IMG/VR virus record: IMGVR_UViG_3300042387_001967 | Direction: 5' to 3' (one strand) | Length of the DNA: 64,000 bases | Origin: a virus | Shown: in pieces, positions 43,018 to 53,677 of the stretch | Numbering within the stretch: the stretch's first letter is position 1 | Layout of the letters: every line of letters begins with the position of its first letter | Position numbers and translations under genes: made by a program | Notes under the pieces: model-generated | Told to the model about the DNA's origin: nothing | Databases searched by the model: none | Seen by the model: the letters and a program-made list of their open reading frames with translations, nothing else

Positions 43018-43874
43018 CAGTCGGTAGCGGCCCCAGTAAAAAAAGATCGGTTTTTCCAGTTCTGCAGGCAGACCTTGTATTTGAATTCCGCCGTGCGGAC
43101 CGCATCCAGCAGCATGCGCCAGCGCGCCGCGCTCATGCGAAAGAAAGGCTCAAACGAGTCGTGCTCGCGCATCCGCTTCCGTATCGCGCTCAGTGGAGGC
43201 ATGCCATCCACCCAGAAATCCGACCACGCAGTGGGCTCCCCATTGATCGCCCGCACTTGGTACCACGCGTGCATCTGCTGGAACGCCAGCAGCCATTGCA
43301 GGTCGCTGTCCTTGTCAATGTGCCCGTCGCGGCCCCACTGGTTGACCGCGGCTGATGCGCTGGTGGTGAATTCGTCCGGCGCCATGGCGATCTGCACCGT
43401 CGCCTGCAAGCCGTCCAGTTGGATGTCGAAAATCAACTCGGTGTCGTGCATGGCTGCGCGGACGAACGCATCCCGGTCTGCGCCCGTGACCTGCACCTTC
43501 ATGTCCCCCACTTCCAGCTGGAACCTGCGCTCCATCTCATCCTGCAGCCGGTCCGTCGCGCTCATCATCATGTTCGGATTCCGCAACTGCGTGACATCGT
43601 CTGTCGGCATCGGAGGCGGCGCCACGCCGTCCTCTTTCTTCTTCGCGTCGATCGCGTCCTGTTCTGGCTTGTGATCGAACGGATCCACACCGCCGAGCGG
43701 GAGGGTTGCCTTCAGTTGCCCTCCGTCGACGACCACTTTGGGCGCGGTCGGATCTTCTGCCTCGTCGACGCGCTGAGCGTCCGGAGCCGGATCCTCTACG
43801 ACGGTTCCGAAGATACTCTGAAATGGTGGCGATTTAGGATCTGCTGGTTTGGTGTCTGCTGGTTTGTCGGACAT
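43017..43874 (-). CDS. putative tail assembly chaperone
   Basis: Position upstream of the tape measure gene. Confidence 0.45.
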   Translation of the reverse strand: MSDKPADTKPADPKSPPFQSIFGTVVEDPAPDAQRVDEAEDPTAPKVVVDGGQLKATLPLGGVDPFDHKPEQDAIDAKKKEDGVAPPPMPTDDVTQLRNPNMMMSATDRLQDEMERRFQLEVGDMKVQVTGADRDAFVRAAMHDTELIFDIQLDGLQATVQIAMAPDEFTTSASAAVNQWGRDGHIDKDSDLQWLLAFQQMHAWYQVRAINGEPTAWSDFWVDGMPPLSAIRKRMREHDSFEPFFRMSAARWRMLLDAVRTAEFKYKVCLQNWKNRSFFTGAATD

Positions 43875-43886
43875 GCGGTTTTGTGT

Positions 43887-46484
43887 TTAGGGTTGGACTT
43901 CTTCCTGACGCTTGAGAGCCTTCATGACAGCATTCGTCGTGGGGCGCCACTCAATGTTGACGTCGTCGAACGATGACGCCGCGCTGGAGGACGGCACGTG
44001 CAGATTCTCGCCCGTGTCCGATGCGCGGTAAAGAATCTCGTGATACCCGAACCCGCCCGACTCGCGGATGCGCGTTCCGGTCACAGACAGGCGCAATCTC
44101 CAGTCCGCGTAGCCAGGACCTCCCCATCGGTCAGGCGGTCCCATGTCGGCATCGAGGCGCAGATACTGTTGCGTCAGCGTCTCAGGCACCCCTGCGGCGG
44201 TTTTCTCGCGGTTGTTCCAGACATACTCATCCCGAGACGGGAAGCCCCACAGCGGGCCGCCTGCGGAGCTAGTCCACGCCAAGTCCGGCGCTGCGGATGA
44301 AAGGGCAGCAGCCTCAGCCAGCAGTATCCGCTGCGCCGCCGACGCTCCAGCAGGCGTCGCCGGCGGCGTGTCGTCCACGAACGCGTCAATGTGATTCAGA
44401 TGGTTCTTGAGCTGCAGCGTGGGCTGCGAATCCGGGATCGGAATGATGGGTCCGCGCTTGGGTCCAGTGATGCGATTGCCTTTGATGTCGTCCGCTTGCA
44501 GATTATTGCACCACACCAGTCCATTGCGCAGCACCAGGTCCGGGATGGTCGGGTTCGGTCCCACGATGACCTCGCTGGAACTCGCCAGGAGCGTCTGCGT
44601 TGCGATGACCACCTGACTGCCGCCTGCCACCCTCACTGTCGACGAAGACCGTAAGTCAGCGCCCGTCTTGCCCCGCAAATCGAGAGCGCCGTTCGTGGAG
44701 ACCACCAAGCCGTCCGAGCCGTCCACGACGACAGCCATCCCCAGTTCCGAGCGATACGCGGAACGGCCGGCCGCCGCTTCGCTCAGGATGGCGAACCCGT
44801 GCTTCTCGCCCTGCACCCTCCCAGCTACTTCCGGCGCAGGCATGCCGAGCGACGCCGGCTCTGGCGCGTCCCCATCCTTGTCGGTGACCGCATTCGAGCG
44901 GAGCCACAGCGTCCCTTTCTCGCAGAGCATCTTCAGCCAGGCGTAGCTGTGCAAAATGAGTCCTCCAAACGTCGCAGAAATCTCGATGCAGCGGCGGGCT
45001 TTCATGTAGATGCTGCCGCCGCTCACCATGCGAATGTCGCCGGCCGCTTCGAGGTCGATGTGCTTCGCCGCGCTGATCTGCACGTTGCCGTTGCTCATCA
45101 CGACAGACGACCCGTAGCCGTCGTGCATCACAATGGAGCCGTCGCGCATGATCGTGAAGCAGGCGTAGGCATCGTAGTAGAGAACCTTCTGCTCCGGGTC
45201 TTCGCCCTCGCCCTCCGGCGTGTAATTGGCACGTCCGTTCGCCTCGTCGCGATCGCTCTCGAGATTTCGCCAGTCGGGCGTGGGCGACGCAGCCTCCGAG
45301 GGGATCGCATACTCAGTGTCCTGCTGCAGCATCCGCGCGAACGCGTGATACCGACTCAGCCACCTCGAATAGCTGCGGATGTGGTAGGCAGCCTGGTACA
45401 TGTCCTTCTCGTCGACAGGCTGAATGGCGGACGGCAGCTTCAAAAATGCCGCCGTCAGTTTGTCATACTCGCGCTCCTTGGTAATCGCAGGGTCTTCGTG
45501 GTGGGCGATTCTGACAGGCACCGGGATGCGCGTGGTGCGCTCGATGCGGATGTCTGCGACCGACTGGATGATGAGCGATCCGTCGCTGTTCCGGTGTATC
45601 CAGTTTTTGCCTGCGCCGGATTTGGCTGTGCTTGCACCGAGCGACACAATCGCCCGCGGCGGGTCAGACACGAAGCTGTGAATGAAGTCACCGGCGAACC
45701 CCAGAAATTCCTTGAAGCGCATGCGCCCGAGTCCGGTGACGCGACGCTCTTCCAGCTTCGTCCGGTCAACCTCGTCGCCGTTCATCTCCGCGAACGGTTC
45801 CTTCTCTTTTTCGATCCCGAGCACCTCGTGCCTGTAGGATGACCAGGACCGTTCCATGGTGGGGCGTCCGTGATCGTAAATCAGATCCTCGCCGAGCCCG
45901 CTGATGTGGCGATACTGCGCGGAGATGACGCGTACCATGTCGTTGATCAGATGACACTCGACGACCGCTCTGTCGCTCGCCTTCATGCGGATCAGCGTGG
46001 TCAGGAATTCCAGCGCGATGCCGAACATGTTGGAAATCTCAACCTCGCCCTCGATCATGTCCTCCGCGTGATCGGACACGACGTTCCCGGTGACTCCCTC
46101 CGCTGCGTCTGTCGCCGGCCCCCACAGCAGCGAGCGGCTGCGTGCATTCAACCAGTCGACGCTGTGCTCCGGCAGCACTTGCGTGATGAACGTCGGGGCG
46201 CCGTAAGCGATCTTCACGCGAGTCAGCGGCGGCAGGTTGCACCGGAGCTGAAGGCCGAACAACCCTCCCAGCACTGGCAGCGCCAAGCGCACGCCGCTGA
46301 TCTCCTGTCTTGGATCCTCTGTCGTGACGTGATACGTACCGTCGATCTCCCTAGCCCGCACCGTGGCCGTGTAAAGCGCGCCGGGGGTGAGACGCTCGGA
46401 CATGATGGCGCCAGTGGCCTGCGCGGTCCTCGAAGGATCTACGTCTGGAAACCCGTCCCCCGGTTTTTCTGTGCTTATGGCCAT
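43887..46484 (-). CDS. baseplate spike (gp5/VgrG-like) protein
   Basis: N-terminal OB-like segment; beta-helix repeats DGYGSSVVMSNGNVQISAAKHIDLEAAGDIRMVSGGSI. Confidence 0.65.
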   Translation of the reverse strand: MAISTEKPGDGFPDVDPSRTAQATGAIMSERLTPGALYTATVRAREIDGTYHVTTEDPRQEISGVRLALPVLGGLFGLQLRCNLPPLTRVKIAYGAPTFITQVLPEHSVDWLNARSRSLLWGPATDAAEGVTGNVVSDHAEDMIEGEVEISNMFGIALEFLTTLIRMKASDRAVVECHLINDMVRVISAQYRHISGLGEDLIYDHGRPTMERSWSSYRHEVLGIEKEKEPFAEMNGDEVDRTKLEERRVTGLGRMRFKEFLGFAGDFIHSFVSDPPRAIVSLGASTAKSGAGKNWIHRNSDGSLIIQSVADIRIERTTRIPVPVRIAHHEDPAITKEREYDKLTAAFLKLPSAIQPVDEKDMYQAAYHIRSYSRWLSRYHAFARMLQQDTEYAIPSEAASPTPDWRNLESDRDEANGRANYTPEGEGEDPEQKVLYYDAYACFTIMRDGSIVMHDGYGSSVVMSNGNVQISAAKHIDLEAAGDIRMVSGGSIYMKARRCIEISATFGGLILHSYAWLKMLCEKGTLWLRSNAVTDKDGDAPEPASLGMPAPEVAGRVQGEKHGFAILSEAAAGRSAYRSELGMAVVVDGSDGLVVSTNGALDLRGKTGADLRSSSTVRVAGGSQVVIATQTLLASSSEVIVGPNPTIPDLVLRNGLVWCNNLQADDIKGNRITGPKRGPIIPIPDSQPTLQLKNHLNHIDAFVDDTPPATPAGASAAQRILLAEAAALSSAAPDLAWTSSAGGPLWGFPSRDEYVWNNREKTAAGVPETLTQQYLRLDADMGPPDRWGGPGYADWRLRLSVTGTRIRESGGFGYHEILYRASDTGENLHVPSSSAASSFDDVNIEWRPTTNAVMKALKRQEEVQP

Positions 46485-46523
46485 GCTGCGAATCTACGCG
46501 TGCCGCGCGCTTTTGTGCAAGCA

Positions 46524-46554
46524 CGCAAAAGCGCGCGGCCCCCGACCGCGCGCT
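46524..46554. terminator. bidirectional terminator-like hairpin
   Basis: AAAAGCGCGCGG-7nt-CCGCGCGCTTTT after the tube gene stop. Confidence 0.7.
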
Positions 46555-46580
46555 TTTCCCTTGCTTCCAGCCTAGATTGA

Positions 46581-47024
46581 TCAGGCCGTGCGCATGCTGG
46601 CGGTCCTGATGGTCGCGCCCTGCGTGATTGTCTGTCGTCCTGTGGAGAGGTTTGCAGTGAGCTGCTCGACGATGGCGCCGCTGAAGAACAGCGAGCCCTT
46701 GCCCTCGAACTGGCACTGCCCGCCTTGAATCTGGATGCTGGCTGTGTCGATCTTGCCGCACGCGGCTTGCCAGTCGCGGAAGAATCCTTCGGAGCCGACG
46801 AGCGAGCCCATGGTGATGCTGCCTTGCGGGCGACCCGGCAGCCAGAAGATCTGCGTTGATCCCACCTGGGTGATCTCCTCGATCTGCTGCCTGTATGAGA
46901 CGTCCACCGACTGAACGAGCGAGTTCTTGCCGCCGCCCGCCTTTACGGAGATTCGGGCGAAGTCGGAGGACGCGATCTGTCCGCTGGTTTTGATGTTGTT
47001 GTCGTAGCTGAAGACATCCTTCAT
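46581..47024 (-). CDS. tail tube protein
   Basis: 147 aa right after the sheath; VQSVDVSY.QQI..I..VGS...Y...GRPQG pattern. Confidence 0.75.
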   Translation of the reverse strand: MKDVFSYDNNIKTSGQIASSDFARISVKAGGGKNSLVQSVDVSYRQQIEEITQVGSTQIFWLPGRPQGSITMGSLVGSEGFFRDWQAACGKIDTASIQIQGGQCQFEGKGSLFFSGAIVEQLTANLSTGRQTITQGATIRTASMRTA

Positions 47025-47057
47025 GGTATGGTGTGGTGGTTGAGTTGCTGGCTGGGT

Positions 47058-49901
47058 TTAGGTATTGTCGGCGCTGGCGAGCACCTCGGCCACGCCCACG
47101 TCGATGTAGTGGTTGATGCCGTTGAGCGGCAGCGGCACGCGCAGCTTGACGTAGGTCATCAGCGTGTCGGCCAAGTCGCCGTCCTGGCGCACGGTCACTT
47201 CGCCTTCGTTGCCCTTCTCGTCGAAAAATGTCATCACGGGCGGTCCGATGTCGACGTTGGCGAGCTCGACCTGCGTGAAGTCGGTGGCCAGTGCCTTGAG
47301 CTTGTCGTCGATTTCCGCGATGGTGTCCGGAGTGGCATTGCGGCGTCCGACATAGCGCTTGAAGGCGTCCTTCTCAGCGTAGCCGAACTCGTCCACGATG
47401 ACGCCGACGTTGTCCTCGTATGCCAGCGCGCCCTCTTCGGTGCCGGTGGTGAGCTGATGGCGGATGAAGACGTCGCCGCCTTCGGATTCCTGCGTGACGA
47501 TGAAGGTGCCAGCCGATGCGACTCCGTCGAGATCCGCGGGGTCGAATGACGTGAACATGGACGGCGCGGCTTCCACGGAGGTCACTTCGGTCATCGTCAG
47601 GCCCTGCTGCGGCAACAGCGCGCAGCGGAGGCCGGCGATTTCGGCCGCCAGGAATTTGGCAGGAAGAACAACGGTGACGCCGTTCTCGGTGACAGTCGGA
47701 TTGTCGCACCAGACGTTGCTGATGCGGCGCGAGCCGAGTTTCACACTGCGCGCCTGCACGTAAAGCGCAGTGTTAGCCGGCGTGTCCGCGCGCGTCAGGA
47801 TGAGGTTCGAGTTCGACACCGTCAGCACATCCGCGGCATCAGTCAGCACTTCGAAGTCGGACAGCACTTCCAGAATTGTGTAAGTCTGCCCCACGGATTG
47901 CAGCGTGATCGTGGAGCCCACGTCCGTCGCTGCAAACTTCCACGCGCTGCGGAATGCCGCATCCAGAGTCACTACCGAGGATGCTAGGTCGCCGGTGCGG
48001 TAACCGCCGCCGGTGAGTGCGCCCCACTGGACGTAAGTGCCGGGTGAGTCGGTGCCGATGTAGGCACGCCGGAAGTTCTTGTTGAACTTGTTCGACATGG
48101 TCGTGCAGTGGTCGCGCAGCAACTCCATGACGGCTTCGCTGTCGGTCATGCCGGCGAGTGCGTAGACGCGGTCCGTAGTCTGGATCTTGCGCAGCGCTGT
48201 CGTGAAATCCGCCACGGTGTCGCCACCGGTGCGCAGCGCGTAGACCACGCGATTCTGATTTCCGGTAAACGCTTCGAGCGTGCCGCGTCCGAGCCAGTTC
48301 TCGATGCTTGTCTCGCCGACCTTCGTGACGATATCCACGTCGCGGTTGATCTCGATCATTGTCTCCCCGGCGAGCGGGATCACCAGTGCCTTGAAGGACA
48401 GGTAGACGGATCCGTAGCCGCCGGCAAACAGGCTGAAGTCTGAGCCGTTGCGTCCTGTCGCGGTGCTCGGCAGTCCCAAGTCTGCGGCATAGTCCCAGTC
48501 TGCCGCGTTCGCAACGAGCGCAGCGTCAACGCCCGCTGTGTTGGTGTCGTCCAGCAGCCCGCTGTAGGGTTGGAACACCGTAGTGGAGGTGAACGTGATG
48601 CTACTCGCGCCGCCGGCCGCTGCGACTTCCGCAGACGGCACCGCGGGTCCGTCCAGCAGCAGGCCGTCGAATTCCGTGGTGGACGCCGCGGCTGCGACGC
48701 AGTCGATGTAGAAAATCTGACCCTTCGCGAAGCCGCCGATCGTTGTCGGGTTAAAAATCAACCCCGAGGTCCCGATGTCCAAAGCCGAGCCCGCGATGGC
48801 GTCCGTGTATGCCACTGTCGGGTCTCCGCCGGTCACGTCGTAGACTTCCACGTCGATATCCGTGGCGCCGCGCTCCGTCACCTCGATCGCGTATCGGCGG
48901 TCCACGGTGCCCGTGTAGGTGCCGGTGACAGCGAGTTGTGTGTCGGTGTTTGGTGCGAACACTGGCTGCAGGATCACGCGGATTTTATTGCCGGCGACCA
49001 TGGCGGATGCCTTCGTGAGAATCACGTCAGTCGCGCCTGCGTAGCCAGCGGTGGTCAGGTCGATGGAAAATTCAGTCCCGCCGCCGCCCGCCGCAGACGT
49101 CACCGGACTCGGCGTGGTGATGCCGGTCGCCAGGGAGGTGACATTGAACGTAGCGACGGTGTTGGCGCCGCCTACGACACAGGTGAAGTCCAGCACATCG
49201 CAGAGCTGGTAATCGCTGCCCACGAGATACACCTTGCCGGCGCCCTTGAGCATCGCGACGTCGGTGGCGTGAATCGTCGGCGGTGTCACCACGTCCAGCC
49301 CGGATGTGGTGTTCGCGCTGACTTTGACCGCCGCCGCGGTGGCGAGGGCGACCGGGTTCAGCAAGCCGACAGCCGTGTCGTCATACGAGGACGCCGTCAC
49401 TTTGCCAAGAAGGCCGACCACCTTGCGGCGTGTCGTACCGGTGGGTGTGCCACCATCCCAATCGCTGGAGATGATGTCGCCGATGCTGATCGGGCGCCCG
49501 TCCAGCCCGGTGTTCAGCGTGCCAGCGCCAGCGAGATCGTCAGCCGGACTGCGCAGGGTGCGGAAAGTGGTGTCGTTCTCGTCCAGCGTCCAACCGTTCG
49601 GTGCGCCGGTGAACGTGGCCACCAGAGCCTGCAGCCCGGAGCCATACAACGCCGCTGTGGCGTTCTGCGGCTTGAGCTCAGTCAAATCCAGCGCCACACC
49701 TTTCGTGTCAGTGTAGAGGTTGTCTGTCGCGCCGGCAGAATCGAAGTCGAGATACGCACCGGAGAGATCGCGCCCGTCGTTGAGGTAAAGGTTGAACTGC
49801 GGACCGATGACGATTGGATTCCTGCGTGACGTGGTGCGCACAGCAGTCTGCCTCAGGATCTGAGTGATGGTGTCTTGAGGACGAACGTATGGAGTGATCA
49901 T
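47058..49901 (-). CDS. tail sheath protein
   Basis: C-terminal sheath motifs (LAAEIAGLR...PQQGLT, FIRHQLTT, YVGRRN.TP, P.PLN.I). Confidence 0.9.
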   Translation of the reverse strand: MITPYVRPQDTITQILRQTAVRTTSRRNPIVIGPQFNLYLNDGRDLSGAYLDFDSAGATDNLYTDTKGVALDLTELKPQNATAALYGSGLQALVATFTGAPNGWTLDENDTTFRTLRSPADDLAGAGTLNTGLDGRPISIGDIISSDWDGGTPTGTTRRKVVGLLGKVTASSYDDTAVGLLNPVALATAAAVKVSANTTSGLDVVTPPTIHATDVAMLKGAGKVYLVGSDYQLCDVLDFTCVVGGANTVATFNVTSLATGITTPSPVTSAAGGGGTEFSIDLTTAGYAGATDVILTKASAMVAGNKIRVILQPVFAPNTDTQLAVTGTYTGTVDRRYAIEVTERGATDIDVEVYDVTGGDPTVAYTDAIAGSALDIGTSGLIFNPTTIGGFAKGQIFYIDCVAAAASTTEFDGLLLDGPAVPSAEVAAAGGASSITFTSTTVFQPYSGLLDDTNTAGVDAALVANAADWDYAADLGLPSTATGRNGSDFSLFAGGYGSVYLSFKALVIPLAGETMIEINRDVDIVTKVGETSIENWLGRGTLEAFTGNQNRVVYALRTGGDTVADFTTALRKIQTTDRVYALAGMTDSEAVMELLRDHCTTMSNKFNKNFRRAYIGTDSPGTYVQWGALTGGGYRTGDLASSVVTLDAAFRSAWKFAATDVGSTITLQSVGQTYTILEVLSDFEVLTDAADVLTVSNSNLILTRADTPANTALYVQARSVKLGSRRISNVWCDNPTVTENGVTVVLPAKFLAAEIAGLRCALLPQQGLTMTEVTSVEAAPSMFTSFDPADLDGVASAGTFIVTQESEGGDVFIRHQLTTGTEEGALAYEDNVGVIVDEFGYAEKDAFKRYVGRRNATPDTIAEIDDKLKALATDFTQVELANVDIGPPVMTFFDEKGNEGEVTVRQDGDLADTLMTYVKLRVPLPLNGINHYIDVGVAEVLASADNT

Positions 49902-49919
49902 GGATTGTCGGCTTGGTGG

Positions 49920-50588
49920 TTATTTCTCGGCGGTTAAAATTTGCGAAATCATTCGAATGCGATGCGATTCCAAAGTGCGAGTGACGGCCATACTGTAGGT
50001 GATCCGCACGGCGATGGCAACTGTGTAATGGTCTTTCGGCGCAGGTTTCTTCTCCTTCGGTCGCTGCATACTCACGACTTCGAATCCGGTGGCGCCTCCG
50101 TTGCGCGCCATCACCGACCCCATGGCCAGCAGCACGCGTGCAGTCAGATCGGCCAAGTCGTAAGCGTCCGACGCGTTCTTGGCCATGTGATGCACCTCGT
50201 AGTCAGCAACGGCTTCCTTCGTCACATGCGACCCGGCCAGGTCCTGCGTATTGCCTGCGTGATTGCCGATGCCGACCTTGTTGAAAGTTGCCTCGGCGAA
50301 GCCGATGAACACACCGGGATAATTGTCGGCTTTGCGATCGTCCGCGCTGTGCGTGAACTCCACCGCCAGCTTGGACTGCTTTTCGTCCGGATGCCACACG
50401 AAGCACTGCAGATGATCGAAGCCCATGTAGTTGGCGGACGACGCGTAGTGTCCACGCAGGAACAGCAGCAGCATACGCCGGAACGCATCCGCAGTGGGAG
50501 GTCCCGACAGGCAGTGCAGCAGCGACTCCGTCGTCTCGACTTCGTGCCCTGAGAATGAGCTGAGCAATTCGGATTGGCGATCGTTCAT
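49920..50588 (-). CDS. putative tail terminator/completion protein
   Basis: Position between neck and sheath genes. Confidence 0.55.
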   Translation of the reverse strand: MNDRQSELLSSFSGHEVETTESLLHCLSGPPTADAFRRMLLLFLRGHYASSANYMGFDHLQCFVWHPDEKQSKLAVEFTHSADDRKADNYPGVFIGFAEATFNKVGIGNHAGNTQDLAGSHVTKEAVADYEVHHMAKNASDAYDLADLTARVLLAMGSVMARNGGATGFEVVSMQRPKEKKPAPKDHYTVAIAVRITYSMAVTRTLESHRIRMISQILTAEK

Positions 50589-51445
50589 GGGAGTGTGTCC
50601 GGCGTCCAGTGAGCAATGCGGCGATATGCCTTGGTGTCGATGACCGGCAGCGGAAACTGGTATCGCTCGTCCGACTGATTCAGGTGCTCGAGCGTCGCGT
50701 CGTAAGCGACCGGCAGCACACTGCGGAAGCGATACGGCTTGATCTCGTCGCTGATCAAGTAACGCACGTCTGTCGTGGGATCCACGAGCATGTGCCCGCG
50801 GGCCGGATGCGGAAATGCCATGAGCCGGGCAGAGACCCTGAGCGTGTCTGCCGGCGAGAATTCCTCCGGATCATCCTTCAGCCCCTCGCCGTGCGCCGTG
50901 ATGCTCATCCACGTGAGCACCGGCCGGTAAAAGCCGCCCTGAAATGCCATGCCGTAGGAACGCAGCGCGGGGTCCTCGACCGCGCACTCGCCTCCCTCCT
51001 TCTTGCCGGTGTCCGGGTCTGTCGCCAAGGACGGCGTGCCGAACTCGCGCGGGATGCAGTGCCACACAGGGAACCCGTTCACGACTCTCATCTGCGTGAA
51101 TTCCTGGTGGATCATGGCGCGGATGATGCCGTATTCGCGCCGCGTGATGTCGCCCATGATCTGGAACGGCTCGGACAAAAAATCGCCGACCGACGCGATC
51201 AGCAGCAGCCGGTAAAATCCCTCGGCCGAGCCTTTGTTCATGAACAGCGTCGCGTCCTGATACACTCCCACGCCGGAGGCAACGGGCGCGTCCGGATTGA
51301 GTTCTTTCCATGTCCCCTGCGTGCCGGTGGTCGAGAACGCGGCATACACGTTCCCCGCGGGCGCGTCGGACGCCATCTCCCAGGTGATCGCAGCGTTACG
51401 CGTTCCGTGGTTCGGATAAATGCGGACGTTGCGGAATACGCTCAT
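50585..51445 (-). CDS. putative neck/head-closure protein
   Basis: G..F.GGFY.P motif; position after the adaptor. Confidence 0.55.
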   Translation of the reverse strand: MSVFRNVRIYPNHGTRNAAITWEMASDAPAGNVYAAFSTTGTQGTWKELNPDAPVASGVGVYQDATLFMNKGSAEGFYRLLLIASVGDFLSEPFQIMGDITRREYGIIRAMIHQEFTQMRVVNGFPVWHCIPREFGTPSLATDPDTGKKEGGECAVEDPALRSYGMAFQGGFYRPVLTWMSITAHGEGLKDDPEEFSPADTLRVSARLMAFPHPARGHMLVDPTTDVRYLISDEIKPYRFRSVLPVAYDATLEHLNQSDERYQFPLPVIDTKAYRRIAHWTPDTLP

Positions 51446-52044
51446 TGCGACTTAGGCAAGCCGAGGCTGTCGATGTGTTGCGCGGCCTGTTCGTATGGGT
51501 CAGATGACGTCTGCGCTGCGGTCGCGGCAGGCGCCCCTGTCGGAGCTGGCTTCTCACCCTCTCCCGTTAGATAGCCGCCAGCCATACCTCCGAACCCGGC
51601 AGTCATACCGCCGGCAAGGAGTTTACCGCCTACCCCGGCTCGCTCCACGGCTTTTCCGGTTTGCATGGCTTTGATCACGCGGGGAGTTGCATTGGCCGCA
51701 AGACGAGAAGCTCCTCCGAAGAAGCCTTTGGCGGTTGACGCGACGCCTGGCAGAAACGACAGCGCCCCCCATCCGAGGTTGCTGACGCCCGACCAGAAGT
51801 TGCCGTTCGAAAAATCCTTGACCGCCTTGTAGCCGTAGTAAGGGACGCCGGTGACAGGATTCGAACCGGCGGCTATATCCAGCGCCAACTCGCCAGTGTC
51901 ACCCCATGTCCACCCTTTGCTGGGTGCGCCCGGCGCGACGGGCTGCGGCGCGCGGCCAGGCTGATACATCGGCGCGAACGGAAACGGCTCCGTGTTTGCG
52001 GCTTTCACCATCGGATCCAATAGAGCAAATGGCGTCGGTGTCAT
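51442..52044 (-). CDS. Gly/Ala-rich virion-associated protein
   Basis: ATGA-coupled; hydrophobic Gly-rich segments; MVKAA motif. Confidence 0.55.
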   Translation of the reverse strand: MTPTPFALLDPMVKAANTEPFPFAPMYQPGRAPQPVAPGAPSKGWTWGDTGELALDIAAGSNPVTGVPYYGYKAVKDFSNGNFWSGVSNLGWGALSFLPGVASTAKGFFGGASRLAANATPRVIKAMQTGKAVERAGVGGKLLAGGMTAGFGGMAGGYLTGEGEKPAPTGAPAATAAQTSSDPYEQAAQHIDSLGLPKSQ

Positions 52045-52463
52045 CCTACGGCCCCCCATGCGCCTTCGAGGTTGGCGGTGACCTTCAAGTTCGTTGCAGC
52101 TTCCATAAATTCCGCCTCCAGTTTGTCGCGCAGGCGTTCGAGGTTCCTGAGCAGCGATCCCTGCACGCTGGCGTTGACGCCGCCGGCAGCGTAATCGAAA
52201 TCGTTGATGCTCACGTTGCCGTGCCACCGGCGGTAGAGCGCCCACGCGATACCGTCGAAGAACACCGAGGAGTTGATCGGCAGTTTGTCCGACGTCACCT
52301 CGAAGCCCAGCGGTCGGATGGAGTTAAATTTTCGCGCACACTTGCTCATCGCCCACTCGATGTCAGGATCAGTGAACGCCAAGTCTGCGAGCACCAGGTG
52401 GTCCTCCGCCTGGCGATCCATCATGTCCTCTCGGACGTCAGCGATAGCGATGTAGCTAGCCAT
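52041..52463 (-). CDS. head-tail adaptor-like protein
   Basis: 140 aa helical protein, D..I..A......N..P and YAAGGVN patterns, downstream of the capsid gene. Confidence 0.6.
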   Translation of the reverse strand: MASYIAIADVREDMMDRQAEDHLVLADLAFTDPDIEWAMSKCARKFNSIRPLGFEVTSDKLPINSSVFFDGIAWALYRRWHGNVSINDFDYAAGGVNASVQGSLLRNLERLRDKLEAEFMEAATNLKVTANLEGAWGAVG

Positions 52464-52466
52464 GCG

Positions 52467-53561
52467 TCAGTAGGTCGGGAAGAAGTCCCTGGTCAGTTGC
52501 TCACCGGAGCGCGGCGGGTGAGTTCGCCCGGTGGCGCCACCGCGCAGCAGCTTGGCTCTGTCTCGCGCCAGCCTGGAGTTTAACTCGTGACGTGCGAGAC
52601 TTTCCTGGAGCGGCCCGATCCGGCGGTCCATTCCGCGCTGCACAGCGCCTGAATCGGCGAAAGGACCACGCCAATCACCTTCGCTCGCGGCCGCGGCCCA
52701 CCGCCTCGGCGCGGCCCACCACGCCGTGCGTTGGTTCTCCAGATCCGCCTTACGCTTGGCGATCTGATCCATCATGCTTCGGCTGTGATCCTCCTGCATG
52801 TCCAGGCGGTCCACGGTCTTGTTGAATTTTTTATCGTAACCTTCGTGAGACCGCTCAAGTTCCTTCAAGTCGTAGTAGTCGTTTGAGCCGGCCCGGATCG
52901 TTCCTCCGTCGAGCGCCTCGCGCAGTTTTGCCATGCGAGCGACAGAACTGTCGCGATTCTTGTTCATGTCGAAAATGCTAGGCTCGTGCTCGCCAAGGCG
53001 GTTCGCATACATCTTCTCGTATTCGCTCGAGCTGAGACCGCCGGGGGGCAGGAACGAGTCTGCGCCATATCCGCCATATCCGCCCGTCAGCATGTCGTCC
53101 TTGTTCCACCACTTGGTGCCTGCGTATGTGCCGCCAATACCTCCCGCGAGGAGGCCCATACCGCCGATGAACGGATGCTTGGTCAGGAACGAAGGTTTGA
53201 CTTTTGACGGGCCGACCGCCGCCGCAGTCGCCCGACCCACGCCGCTCAGGGCGCCCCAGCCGGCTGTGGCGGCTGCCCGTGGCGCATCCCAAAGCACCGC
53301 TTTACCCAGGCGTCCCAGACCGCCCCAAAATGGACCTGCCGCCTTCTCCATATCCGCGTGCGGAATCAGCATCGCACGCATCTGCCCGGGGAACGAGGCA
53401 ACCTTCGCCAGATATCCGACGGCGAATGCAGGCCGGGCATCTAGCTCCTGGTCGAGCGACTCGCGCTGCAACAGCTGCGCGGCGGCCTCCTTGCTTAGTC
53501 CGTTCTCGAAGCAAGTCGTCAAAAATGCAGTAACAAATCGCTGAGTCATGGGCTCTCTCAT
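52467..53561 (-). CDS. virion-associated hypothetical protein
   Basis: 364 aa; F...C.E.GL N-terminus, MEKAAG motif, hydrophobic segment. Confidence 0.65.
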   Translation of the reverse strand: MREPMTQRFVTAFLTTCFENGLSKEAAAQLLQRESLDQELDARPAFAVGYLAKVASFPGQMRAMLIPHADMEKAAGPFWGGLGRLGKAVLWDAPRAAATAGWGALSGVGRATAAAVGPSKVKPSFLTKHPFIGGMGLLAGGIGGTYAGTKWWNKDDMLTGGYGGYGADSFLPPGGLSSSEYEKMYANRLGEHEPSIFDMNKNRDSSVARMAKLREALDGGTIRAGSNDYYDLKELERSHEGYDKKFNKTVDRLDMQEDHSRSMMDQIAKRKADLENQRTAWWAAPRRWAAAASEGDWRGPFADSGAVQRGMDRRIGPLQESLARHELNSRLARDRAKLLRGGATGRTHPPRSGEQLTRDFFPTY

Positions 53562-53567
53562 GTGGGA

Positions 53568-53596
53568 AGGCTACTTTGAAAATCGGCGCGTGGCAA
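53568..53596 (-). promoter_or_regulatory. sigma70-type promoter TTGCCA-N17-TAGCCT
   Basis: Exact 17-bp spacing; same -35 as the promoter at 56895-56923. Confidence 0.55.
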
Positions 53597-53626
53597 TGCG
53601 AAAGGAACTTCGACGCACAAAAAGAA

Positions 53627-53650
53627 AGCGCCGGCTGTTTCCAGCCGGCG
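53627..53650 (-). terminator. terminator after major capsid gene
   Basis: GCGCCGGCTG-TTTC-CAGCCGGCGC hairpin, minus-strand tail TTTCTTTTT. Confidence 0.8.
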
Positions 53651-53677
53651 CTCCTTGTTGAATGGTGGAGGCGATCC